Part shown: piece by piece, positions 1-14,552 of the stretch
Layout: the number at the start of each line of letters is the position of its first letter
Numbering within the stretch: position 1 is the stretch's first letter
From: the human T2T-CHM13v2.0 reference genome, Homo sapiens
Assembly (NCBI RefSeq): GCF_009914755.1
Contig: NC_060939.1
Length of the DNA: 64,000 nt
Direction: 5' to 3' (one strand)
Position numbers and translations under genes: made by a program
The notes under the pieces: model-generated
Seen by the model: only the letters and a program-made list of their open reading frames with translations
What the model was told of the DNA's origin: nothing
Database searches by the model: none

Positions 1-2101
<2,101 letters not shown>

Positions 2102-2439
2102 TGAGGCAGGAAAATAGGGTCTGAAGTGTGAAGATCGATTCACACTTCAGCTATAACAGGAAATATCCTCTCCATAGGGTGTATGACTATGTAACTTGAA
2201 TACTTCATCCTCTCCATTTACATAAGGTGTATCTGAAGTAACCAATGGAATCCTCTGGGGGTAAATGCCCCACAATTCTGTAACGGGACCTTTGAGCCCC
2301 TACGCTCCGCCTGCTCCCACACTGTGGTGTGTATGTTCATTTTCAATAAATCCCTTCATTCCTTCCTTACTTTGTCTGTGCATTTTGTCCAATTCTTTGT
2401 TCAAGACGCCAAGAACCTGGACACCCTCCACCGGTAACA
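2102..2439 (+). mobile_element. ERV1 3' LTR, MER61-like
   Basis: TG...CA termini (TGAGGCAGGAAAATAGGG ... CCGGTAACA), AATAAA at 2345-2350, preceded by a PPT-like tract. Subfamily from memory. Confidence 0.8.
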
Positions 2440-3439
2440 AAGGGGCTTAATAAAATAAGGAGTTGCTACTGAGGGTCTAGGAAGTGGTGAAAAGGGAAGA
2501 GAGGAGGAAGCAAGGATAACTAGAGATCTATGTGAAGTGAGCACGGGACAGAAGCACTAATAGGCCTAGGAGAGAGGGGGAGGAAGGAGAGACCCAGCGG
2601 GGCGCAACCTCCCAAGCCCAGCACTCAACCTTGAATAGGGTGGGGTGCGGGGTGGGGGGAGCTCCCTGCCACCAACCAGCTATCAAAAGGGGCAGTTTGG
2701 ACTTTAAAGGAGTTGTGAGAGAGGGAGGGAGCAGCTGAAGCCCCAACACAAACTAGCCTGCCTTCTCACCCACCCCCAGCCCAGTCATCAAGCCGGCCAA
2801 CACATCTTACCCTTCCCTCTTCGTGACTGACCCATTGGAATGCTCTGAGTTGTAAAGACCTTTCACTTAAAGGAAAACGTACTGTCCCTCCTGGTCTCCC
2901 CTCCCAGCCCCCAACCACCCCTGCGCCACCTCCGTTCCCTCTCAACCGGACTCTTAGCAAAGAACCCAGGTGTGGCTGAAAGGCTGCCCACCGTGGGAAC
3001 AGCTTTAGCAGTTTTCCCAGGAAAAAGCCACAAGCCCTGGAGGCACAGAGGCCCAAAGACAAAAAAAAAAAAAAAGGCCTTTCCTCCTAGCAGGAAGCAA
3101 GCCCGATTCTTGGGAAAGGGAAGGGACAGACTCAGAGCCTCAGGGCCAAGGGGTGAGATCCAGCACCCCAGCAGGACAGGAATCTAGCTGGGTGACCTCT
3201 CTGAGCCTCAGTCTCCTCCTCTGACCATGGGGACAACAAACTTCGCTTGCAAGGTGTGCGGAGGGTAACGGATGTAGGGAGGCATTTAGTAGGGCTTGTT
3301 CTCTAACCACCTCTCTCCGAGAGTTTCAAAGGGAGTGGGATCTGGGGAAGGTTGAGGCCTCAGGCCTGGGAACTAGGAATACTTTCCCTTTTACCCACCA
3401 CCATCCCAGGCCTGGAAGAAGATCAGAAGTTGGACAGGA

Positions 3440-3985
3440 GAGGTCCGGCCGCGCGGACGTCACCTTAGCGCGCCACTGTCGGCTCCGGTGGGCTCGGGTG
3501 AGCTCGGGTGAACGCAGCGAGCGAGGGCAGAGGCCAGCAGAGGCGAGGAGTGGATGCTGCAGGGCCGCAGGCCGGGCAGAGAAACGCATACCGGGTCGCT
3601 CCCTGCTTCGCCGCCGCCTCCTGGCAGGGCCAGCGAAGCCAGTGCTCCAGCGCCCCCGTAACACCTCAAAGCGCACGGAGTCCGTGTTGGGGAACTTGGC
3701 GGCAGAGTGACTGGGACCTAGGAACCTGCGGTGGGGCCGCCGCCGCCTCCGCGGGGCCGAGCGCCTGGACCTCGCCCTGAGGTAAACGCGGGTCGACCCG
3801 GGGGGCGGATGGGCTCGGGCTGTGTCGAGGGGAGGCGGAGGTGAGCGACCCGCGAAGAGCGCAGGAGCAGGCCGGGGGCCACGCTAGGGCGGACCCAATT
3901 TCGGAATAGCGCGGCCCGGGCGGCGGCGTGCGCTGGGAGGAATGCTGGGTCTGTCGCTAGCGCCAAACTTGACCACGCTGCGACC
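3440..3985. promoter_or_regulatory. CpG island in CYP11A1 intron 1; candidate alternative or bidirectional promoter
   Basis: Dense CpG and GC-box-like sequence. Minus-strand donor AAG|GTGACG (exon would end at 3464); plus-strand donors GAG|GTAAAC (3781/2) and GAG|GTGAGC (3841/2). Confidence 0.8.
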
Positions 3986-4026
3986 TTTTCACTCTGTGCT
4001 CTGACCTTCAAATCTCCCTCCCCCGA

Positions 4027-4887
<861 letters not shown>

Positions 4888-5059
4888 TGAAATATCCCTG
4901 ATATATTTCTGTATTGTATTACCAAAAAAAAAAAAAAAAAGAAGTTAGACAGGAGTTTGGAACCAGAGAACAGCCTGTTGGGGGAGTGGGGACTACAGCA
5001 GGGCTACCCAGGCCCCTCCTCCTCCCTGTCCCTTCGGCTCCCACCCTCTGCCAGGCTTA

Positions 5060-5546
<487 letters not shown>

Positions 5547-5857
5547 TGAGGTTCTCCAAAGGACAGGGAGACCCCTCTGTCTCTGCCCTCAGTGCCAGCC
5601 CTAGCAGACTCCTGAAATATCTGCCTGTGCTTTTGCCTGAGCTGGGGCCTCCCACTGGCCCCTGCAGCGGAGTCCATGCCCTGGCAGCCATTGGTCAAGA
5701 CTGCAGACAACCTGTGTTTGGGGGAAATGAGGGGCCCAAGAGAAGGTCAGAGCTATCTTGCCAGCTTGGGCAACATACGTCTTAGTTATGGCCCCACTGT
5801 ATAGACACACATCATTGAACAACAGGGATAAGTTCTGAGAAATGCATCCTTAGGCTA

Positions 5858-5877
5858 TTTTATTTTATTTTATTTTA
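5858..5877. repeat. (TTTTA)4 CYP11A1 promoter pentanucleotide polymorphism, about 528 bp upstream of the ATG
   Basis: Four TTTTA units counted; the distance from the ATG (5329) matches the known marker. Confidence 0.9.
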
Positions 5878-5921
5878 AGAGAGTTTCATTCTTGTTGCCC
5901 AGGCTGGAGCGCAATGGCACA
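5878..5921 (-). mobile_element. Short Alu 3'-end fragment
   Basis: AGAGAGTTTCATTCTTGTTGCCCAGGCTGGAGCGCAATGGCAC is an antisense Alu 3' end. Confidence 0.85.
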
Positions 5922-6477
5922 GTTTCACCTTGGAACCCTAATCCTCGTCGTCTCTCCCCAGTTGACCCAGATTTGGGGCTGTAATTCAGTACAGCTGACT
6001 CAGAGGGGCTCTGGGTCCCTTGAGCTGAGGTCTGTGGTCAGGCTCCACTCTGGACACACTCTAAGACCTTGGCAAATCTGGTTGCCATGGAACTCAGGAT
6101 GTCAGCTCTTCCCTGTCCACACACTTGATCTGTGCTGCTTTCCCCTCAGAGCTGCTTCCATACCCCCTCCCATCATATCATATCCCCAGACCCATCCTTC
6201 CAGCCCAGGTCAGCCCCCACACCCACCCCCCATCACCCTGCACCTACCACTTTCCCAAACAACAAGGGTCAGTCACCTGTAGAGTTTTCAAGTCATTTCA
6301 ACAAAATTACAGCCCACTTGGTAAAAATGTGTAGGTCAGAAAACATACATGTGCCATGTAGAGCATTTCATGACAGCAATCTACACTATACCTTATACTT
6401 ATCATTGGAAGGTACAACTTCTTGCTTTTTTTCCCCAAAATCTTATTTTCTGGCAAATAAGGCATTTAAAACACACA

Positions 6478-6707
6478 TCTAAGAGACAGAAAATAGACTG
6501 GTGGTTGCTTAGAGCTAGGGGGATAGAGGAATTAGAGGATGGGACATAAAGTGTGTAGGGATTCTTAGGATGATGAAAATGAAAATATTCTAAAGTATAT
6601 TGTGGTAATTATTGAACAACTCTCTGATACACTAAAAGCCATTGAATTGCATACTTTAAATGGGTGAATTGTATGGTGTGTGAATTATATCTCAATAGAG
6701 CTGTTAC

Positions 6708-6710
<3 letters not shown>
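6478..6710 (+). mobile_element. Old L1 (L1M) 3' UTR fragment
   Basis: AGAGACAGAAAATAGACTGGTGGTTGC ... TGGGTGAATTGTATGGTGTGTGAATTATATCTCAATA is typical of L1MB/MC 3' ends. Confidence 0.8.

Positions 6711-6738
<28 letters not shown>
6711..6738. repeat. (AC)14 microsatellite at the L1 tail
   Basis: Directly counted. Confidence 0.95.
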
Positions 6739-6741
<3 letters not shown>

Positions 6742-6949
6742 TGACATCCTCCTGGCCTCTTCTGTTGTATGTGTCAGCCCATAGATCACCCACAATGGCA
6801 AAAGTTGTCCTTACACAGCCACTTGACCCCAGACTCCAATACTGTTGAACCACTTTCAACAAATTTAGAGCAACAGTTTTTAGAAGAAAAAAAAAAAGTA
6901 CTTATCAAGAGTGGTTGTTGCTCTTCCCGCTGGAGTGACCACTACCTCA

Positions 6950-7031
6950 TCAGTCATGAACCTTCTGATAAAGAGAGTATGGAGAAAGCCTGTTTTGCCT
7001 CACTGATGACCTTGAGCCTGGAATGACATCA
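6950..7031 (-). promoter_or_regulatory. CYP11A1: CYP11A1 upstream cAMP-responsive sequence (U-CRS, about -1.6 kb)
   Basis: On the minus strand, SF-1 site TCAAGGTCA (7007-7015) is flanked by CRE/AP-1-like TGATGTCA (7024-7031) and TGACTGA (6950-6956), matching the established architecture. Confidence 0.85.
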
Positions 7032-7221
7032 GCCAAGGAAGGCAGTGTCTCACGAGCAGCGGCAGGGTGATGAGCTTCCACAAAGAAAAGCAGTCTTCCA
7101 AGGACTAGTTTTTCCTCCAAGGGTCTCAGCACTGAGGTGACATTTATAACTTTCTGACTTAAAGTCAATCCCATTGTTCTACGCAGCCCCACATTCCTCC
7201 CTCAGAAGGAGCCCTAATCGA

Positions 7222-7480
7222 TGTGGCATGGAAGAACTTGTGGTCCTCTTGGCAGCCACCCCAACTTCCGTTCAGGCCTCCGCACCTCCCCCAGTGTTGT
7301 GGGGCACTGACCGCCTCCCCAGAAGTGGCCCAGGCTGGAGGTTATTGCCTCATCCTCTCCAATGGCCATGGTCACATCACAGCATAGGCCAGCGATTCAG
7401 TTTGGGCCAATGAAACACAGGGAAAGGTTTGCTGTGGCTTCTGGGAGAATAGCTCCCTCACTTCTCTGAAAGAGCTTCCA
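7222..7480 (+). mobile_element. Ancient MaLR LTR fragment (MLT1-like)
   Basis: Begins TGTGGCA; contains GGCCAATGAAAC...TTTGCTGTGGCTTCTGGGA, reminiscent of old MLT1 subfamilies. Confidence 0.45.
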
Positions 7481-7512
7481 GAAACACATCACTCACTCCA
7501 AACAAGGCTGAA

Positions 7513-7765
7513 TGTATTAGCTGTTTACTGCTGCTTAACAAATTATCCCAAAATTTAGTGGCTTAAAACAATAAATGTTTATTATCTCACAGCTTCCGAG
7601 GGTGCAGCACCCAGGAGCAGCTTTTCTGGGTGACTGGGTGGCTGGGTGGCTGGGTGACTGGGTGGCTGGGTGGCTGAGTGGCTCATGCTCAGGGTTTCTC
7701 ACAAGCGGCTGCCATCCCTGAAGCTTGACCAGGGTGTAGGATCAGCTTCCAAGCTCAGTGGATTA
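7513..7765 (-). mobile_element. MLT1 (MaLR) LTR fragment
   Basis: TGTATTAG...TGCTGCTTAACAAATTATCCCAAAATTTAGTGGCTTAAAACAA...TTTATTATCTCACAG is the antisense MLT1 3' end. Confidence 0.8.
7626..7681 (+). repeat. 8-bp tandem repeat (CTGGGTGR), 7 copies
   Basis: Units: CTGGGTGA, CTGGGTGG x2, CTGGGTGA, CTGGGTGG x2, CTGAGTGG. Confidence 0.9.
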
Positions 7766-8204
7766 AACTGGCCCTGCTTCAAAACTTTTCAGTGGCTGTT
7801 TCAGGACTATTGAGAAGATTAATGAATGATACATACATTTCAAAATATATATATTACACATATACATGTGTATATTACATAATTTTTCCCTCCCTCTCTC
7901 TGTTCTTGCCAGTGCCCAAACTGAAATTTTCACCCTCTCAAAAGTGATGGGAAGTTAGGGTCCAACCCTCACCAAGCCCCTTACGATGGGCAAGTGAATC
8001 CTCTGCTAGGTGAGGTTAGCCTAGTGCTCGGCTATGCCAAAGTCCTTCTTGGCTCTCTCAAGACAGGCCCATACTTATAGTGCTTTCTCCTCCCACTCCT
8101 GCCTCCCACATTCTGTAACTATCCTATCATTCTCAGAGTAGAGGGTGTACACATTTAGACCCATCTAAACGTTGCCTAGGACGGGGAACATGATTTTATT
8201 CATT

Positions 8205-9105
8205 GCAGGCAGCTTGGATGGATAAACAGAAAATCCAAATCACAGACTTAAAGAAGATAGAAGTGTATTCTCTCTCCCATAAAGGATGTCCAAGGCTGGG
8301 CAGTCCAGGGTGAGTGTGTCAGTCCCAGCAAAATGCCAGGCTCCATCTTCCTGCTTCACCACGAAGACATTTGGTTGGCATTTCTAAGGCCACCCGATGG
8401 TCCAAGCTGCTGCTGGAGCATTAACCGTGTTGCTGGCCAGAAGGCGGAAGAACTCAAGAAGACCAAAAGGGGCCCTCCCTGAAGAGCCAGCTTCATTTAA
8501 GCCCCTTCCTCAAAGTCCCACACGAGTCCAACCATATCTGATTGGTGGGAACTTAACCACATTGAGGCAGGAGAATAGGGAATTAGGGCAACCAAGGATT
8601 AAGGTAGGAACAAAAGAAGAGCAGGTGCAGCCAGTTCACATAAGCAAAAGGAACAGCAGGTACAGCCAATTCTAGGCAGGATTAGGCAACATACAGGCCA
8701 CATCTTCACTTCTGTGATAACCACAGGCCAAGTCGCCACTTAAGCCTCTAATTGGTCACGGATCAATCCTTCATTGGATGTAACTGATTGGAGGCCTCTG
8801 GAGGGCACCGGGGGTGTTCATGTTCTTTAGCTTAATAAAATCTCTAATTGAAGGGGCTCCTGAGCCACTTGCTCAAGCCCACTCTTGCTCTGTGAATTGT
8901 ACTTGCACATCTTCAATAAATCTGTGCCTTCATTACTCCATTCTTTCGTTGCTTTGTCTTTTGTTGCTTTGTGCGTTTTGTTCAATTCTTTAACATGCCA
9001 AGAACCTGGACAACTCAGTCAAGACCTTCCATTCAGTAACCACATGACTGTACCTAGGTACAGGGAGGTAGGTACAGGGAGGCTGGACAATGTCGTTTTG
9101 CTCTG
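8205..9105 (-). mobile_element. Old MLT1 LTR split by a younger ERV1 solo LTR
   Basis: MLT1-like motifs on both flanks join (…CTTAACCACAT | GACTGTACCTAG…GGGAGGCTGG) when 8563-9045 is removed. Confidence 0.6.
8563..9041 (+). mobile_element. ERV1 solo LTR (MER4 group; MER83-like, tentative)
   Basis: Starts TGAGGCAGGAGAATAGGG, has AATAAA at 8915-8920, ends ...CAGTAAC. Target-site duplication (C)ACAT at 8558-8562 and 9041-9045. Confidence 0.8.
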
Positions 9106-9189
9106 GATGGCAATACATCCGCTAGCAGAGGTGCTGGCCAGACCATAGACATAATAATACAGTTTTGTATCATGAAACAAGCAACGGTT

Positions 9190-9360
9190 TTGGAGCCACA
9201 TGGACTCAGGTTCAAATCCTAGTTCAACCACTGAGTGGTCGCGTGGCATAGGGCAAGACACTTGAGCTACTTGAGACTTAATTTTTTCATATTTAAAATG
9301 GAGATAATCAGACCTGCCTCTCAGAGCTGTTGCAAGATAAAAAAAAGCACTTAAAAGATT
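9190..9360 (+). mobile_element. MIR fragment
   Basis: GGTTCAAATCCTAG...GGGCAAG...AAAATGGAGATAAT MIR core. Confidence 0.7.
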
Positions 9361-10354
9361 CAGAGGTTCTCAAAGTAGCCCACCTAATATCATTGCCTTA
9401 AACATCACCCTCTTGCTCAGCTTAGGGTATGGACACCATACATGAAAATTAGGTGATTCTTTCCCTGTTTGTTTTCACATGCACAGCTCAGGGTATTTCA
9501 CTAAGTCAGATGGTCCCCCCGACTCCACCCTATTTCTTTCTCTGAGGGCATTTCATCTGTTTCGGTGTCACCCCACTCTAACAGTTTAAAGGGAGGAGGG
9601 AGAGGCAAGGACCTAAGATGTTTGGAGAGAAATCAGCCCTAGAGATGGGACTCAAGGTTATGGCATTTCTCAGCTTAAGTATCAGATGTGGCTGTTAAAA
9701 CTATTATTAAATAGATTCCTTTTGCTGTTTGGGGTTTTTCCTGTTTGTTTGTTTGTTTGGCCTTGGGAGGGGTCATGTGGCCATATGGTAAAGAGACATT
9801 CCCAAGGAAGGAATGAAACACATTGTTCCTGCCCGGGCCAGGGCTTATGTAGTCAGGGATTATGAAGACTGAATGTTCTGTGTCCTGGAGGAAAGGGGTC
9901 CCTGCTTTGGGGACTGTTTCTTTTTATGGATCCTGGGCTATTCCTTCTGTCCAACAAGAGTGAAATGAAGGGAAATACGGGACAGAGTTGACATAGCTTT
10001 AGGGGCAGGAGTAATTGGGGTAAAGGAGGGGAGAAGACTGGACCCAGAAGTCAAAGGCCCAGAGCCCCCGGCAAAGGAGTGTTGCCAGGTTGGGAGCCTC
10101 TGCAAAGGGCATCTCTGAGGGCTGTTCCTAGGGGCCCACCCATTGCAGCCCTCCTATGAGAACTTAACTCCACATGGTGAACTGGAACCTGAGCCCTAAT
10201 CTTAGCTACCCAGGGCAGCCTCTCCCTGCTCCTCTAAGTCCTCATCACTCCTGTAAGTCCAGAGGAACCCCCACACCCCAACTTGAAGGGTGAATGAGTA
10301 CCCAGGCACTCCCTGCCTGGGTGCACACTGTGGCTCCCTGTCCCCCTCTATACA

Positions 10355-10451
10355 TTGCCCAGGCTGGCTTTGAACTCCTGGGCTCAAGCAATTCTCCTGG
10401 CTCGGCCTCCTGAGTAGCTGGGAATACAGGCGCGTGCCACCACGTTCAGCT
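10355..10451 (-). mobile_element. Alu monomer fragment (FLAM/AluJ-like)
   Basis: TTGAACTCCTGGGCTCAAGC...GTAGCTGGGA. Confidence 0.8.
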
Positions 10452-11499
10452 TCATTTTTATTTTTACAGCTTCACTTCACTTCCTCAGTGCAAACATGTT
10501 AAAATATTAAAAATTTGCTGTAAAGTTTTTGAAAGGATATTTATAATTTTGCTCTTGAAACCATTTGGCTAGGAGTGACTGATTTAAATTACAATTGGGA
10601 ATTCTTGTGAAATGAGAAAAACCTAGCCCACACATTCTTTCAGATGTAATGAAATTTTTATGAATACTAAATTTAACAGTTAATGAGGTTGATATAATGT
10701 TACAGTTGGACACTTGATTAAGAATTTATTGATTTCCATTTTGCAGTGTTCTTATTTGAGAGCCAATCATTTTTTCTTCAGCTGTGAAATATTCACATGG
10801 GCCCTTGGGAGGCCCCCGCTGCGGGCTTCTCTAGCGGGCAGTACATAAGTAACCAGGCCAACAGCTCTTCCCTGTCCTCCCCCTGACACACCTCGCACCC
10901 TTTTACACAGGCACATAAGGAAAAACACCCATCGTGGCTGGACCATGGAGACAGAGTCCAGTTCCAGAGGAGGAAGAGGATGGGGCCAGTCAGACAAGGG
11001 CACAGAAGTCATGCCATGCCATGTCATGTAAGCAAGAAGCTTCTTACTGCAACCAGTGGCTGGGGCTGCTAAGGGCACTAAGATTCAAGACCAGTGAGCC
11101 ACGGAGGTTGGCATGGGCACCTCTTCCCTCCTGGGGACAGTAGGTAGTGGGGGCAGGAGGGGAAGGGCCACCTGCCTGGTTTACATAGTCGGCCACAGAG
11201 CGGTGGCCCACACTTATTCGACGACTATAGCCTCAGTGTTCCAGGCAGGTGTGCATGGGGCCAGCGGGCTATGAGAGGCTTCCACGTGGCACAAGGACAG
11301 CACCCCACAAGGAGAACATGAAAAAGCTAACACAGTAGCACAGGCAAGTGCACAGTACCCCAGCCTCCCCTCGGAACCAGAGGGCGGAGTGGACTGAGGC
11401 CACCCTCAGCCAGCTCTGCGGCAGAAGCTGAGGCAGAGAAATGCCACTTTGTCCTTGCTCCAGTCTCTCTCTCAGCCATTCAGATACCGCTTCCTTCAC

Positions 11500-12450
11500 T
11501 CCAGAGCCTCAGCCGGCGCCTCTCAGATCAAACCTTGTGCCACTAGGTGGAGCCAAAGCCCACAGCAACAGCGCCGGGCTCGGACACCCAGCCGCCCGCG
11601 TGCAGGAAGGAGGTGGGCTCGCGAGGCAGGGGACTGGGGGCCCCGGGCTGAGTCTGGGCCCTACCGGGGGGCCAGGAAAGGAGTGGGAGAGCCAGCCACA
11701 GCCCACAGTGGACTTATTTGGTTTACATGGTCCGTTCCGTCCGAACTCGCACTATAGGCTAAATGGTCCCAGAGCCAACCCCGGCAGCCGCAAATCCCCG
11801 TTTGTCAGATAAGGAGGCTGAGGGCCTGAGGGGAGGATCCAGGAGAGCCAGAACAGGGCTGAAGCCAGAGCCCGCGCCCCTGTCCACAGAGCCTTCCCCT
11901 GCACCGCTTCCGGGATGTATCCCCTGCCCGTGGGGAGGGCGCACGAGAAGAAGGTGCGGCTTCCAGAAGGGAGATCCTGGGAACGAGGCCGGGAGACACG
12001 CTTGGCTCCGGAGCCTAGGACTGGCTCCGGGGCACGAGCCGCAGTCCCCTCCAGCACCTCCTGGTGGGGGCCGCAGCTGGGATGCTGGCTTCGGGCGCCG
12101 GCGGCCCGAGCAGCGGAAAGCAAGCACCTACAGAGGCTGCGGTGGAGGGGGCGGGGCGGGCGCGGACCCGGAGGCGCCGCATTGGACGAGGGGGTTGCTG
12201 GGGTTCTCGGATTGGCTGGCCATGAGGGGGCGGGACCAAGGCCAGGGCTGAGAGGCGTGAGGACCTGGAGCGTGAACGCGTGGGGAAGGCGCAGAGACCT
12301 GGCGCAGGTGTTGCGGAGCCTTCTGAGACTGGCCTAAGCTGCAGAATTGATCGAGCATCTGGAGTGGCCATCGGCCGTGTTGCCCGCAGACACAGGTGTG
12401 CTGCGACAGACCAAGCTCCAGGGTCCCTCAGGTAGCCAGGTGTGCGGCAC
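11500..12450. promoter_or_regulatory. Intergenic CpG island with promoter-like core
   Basis: High CpG density. GC boxes at about 12147-12160 and 12226-12235; two ATTGG (CCAAT) boxes at 12181 and 12211; NR5A-like CCAAGGCCA at 12236-12244. Confidence 0.8.
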
Positions 12451-12799
12451 AGCTTTGTCCCTCCCAGAACTCAGTTTCCCCAGCAGGGGGCCCGGGGACT
12501 ATTCCAATCCAGTACTCTGGCCTGCCCCTCCCCTCGCTCTCACTGACCTCCCAGCAGCCAGACCAGGTAGGTATCCAGGCTCCTTCCTATCCTGCCCCCT
12601 GCCCCGCTCCATCCTCATCTTTCCCTTAAAGAAACCTCTCTCCAAGGTCCACGGTTACATCACATACAGCTTTGCACACCCAGTGCCCAGCACAGAACCC
12701 CCACCCTCTGTGGTTGTCCTTTCGCTTCTCGCAAGGTCCATGGGAGCAGGGGACCAGGCTGGGACAACATGTGGCCCCACCTGGTTGCTATAAAAGCTC

Positions 12800-12979
12800 A
12801 GGTAAGGAAGTTTACAGAAATATGTTGGGGTTACTGCACCTGTAAAAAGTGAAAATGGCCAATTATCATCAATGTCAAGAAGAAAAATTGCCCTTGTTGC
12901 CCTTTCACTGTAGTAAAGTGCTGCTTCCAACAAACCAGCACACAAATGCCAACCACAGGTGCATTCCGCTTGGGAGGAT
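12800..12979. repeat. ~190-bp interspersed element, copy 1 (possibly MER105-like)
   Basis: Its reverse complement aligns by eye to 14602-14804. Confidence 0.7.
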
Positions 12980-13126
12980 GGGGGAGAAACTAGTTGTTTG
13001 ACTCTGTACAAGAACCAATCACCAGGTTTCCTTAAATGGCACACTTTCTTTGAAATCTGAAGCAAGAAATTACCTCTCCGGACACAACCAAGTTCATCTC
13101 GTGTCCTCTCAGGACATACAGCCGGG

Positions 13127-13145
13127 CTCCACTAGAGGGCAGCAG
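13127..13145 (+). promoter_or_regulatory. CTCF-like motif
   Basis: CCACTAGAGGGCAGC matches the CTCF core consensus. Confidence 0.65.
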
Positions 13146-13266
13146 AAAGATGGAGATGCTCGAGAGAAAAGGAGACTTAAGTTAGTTCTCACCATCCGTG
13201 GAGGGTGTGAGGAACCCAATAAAAACCGTACTGGTATTAGTTCCTATTTGTTGACTGGTTACTCTA

Positions 13267-13601
<335 letters not shown>

Positions 13602-14552
13602 TTAATTTGATCCTGCCATTAACCCTATCAAGGTGGATACAATTGTGTTAACCCCATTCTACAGCTGAGGAAAAAAACAAGTTGAATAACTTGCCTAAGG
13701 TCACACAGCCAATAAGAAGCAAATCTGGGATATGAACCCTGAAGTAGAGCTATAAATCTGACATTCATAAACCTATGCAATTTTGCTTCCGTTGAAGAGG
13801 GAGGGAAGGATGGCGAGCAGAGGTGGCAGCTGAGGCCCCCACAGATATTACCCTTGTGGGCTCTTTAAGGCCAGTTCCAGAAGCAGGCACCAGACAGGAG
13901 CATCTAGCTAATTAAGGACCTTGGGTCATCAGGCAGGTAGGGTCAGAAAATCTGAGCTCAACCTGCACATAAACCCCACACACCTTGCAGGAACCTGTCC
14001 TAGCCCACCCATCACCATGGGTGGCCCAGCTCTCCAATACCCTGGGTGCCTGCCACCATGGTGAACCCTTGTAACCACTGTGTCCCCTCTGGCTTAGATG
14101 TGTGAAATTGACCTTGACCCACTCTCTTCCTTACCTTATAGGCAGCCTTGCCTGCCTCCACCATCAGCCAGGATCGGGCCTCCTCATGTCAGTCAAGAAG
14201 ATGCCAATCAGCAGCAGCAACTGCTGCCAAGAAGCTGGAGTCCAACAAGGATCAAGGGGATGCTGGTGGGATCCTTTCCAGGGCAACCTTGAGAAGAGTT
14301 TCAGGCCAGAGCCTAATCCTTTCCTGATTTTCTTCCCAATTTAACATTTACTGAGCCGCTACTGTGGGCAGGCACCTTGCTGAGTGCACAAGGGGGACTT
14401 GCTGGGTGATCTTGAGCACACTCTTTACCACCCCCACCTCAGCTCTTGGTTAGTTTCTCTTCTGTAAACTAAGGTTGCAGAGACCAGGGGTTCTTTACTC
14501 GGGACTGAAGGGTCCCCTAAAATTGGGTGTGTGTGAGAACATCTTTCTGGGG

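Noticed and set aside
12789-12796. Perfect TATAAAAG box
   Set aside because: Isolated 8-mer at a repeat edge; not enough support for a promoter call.
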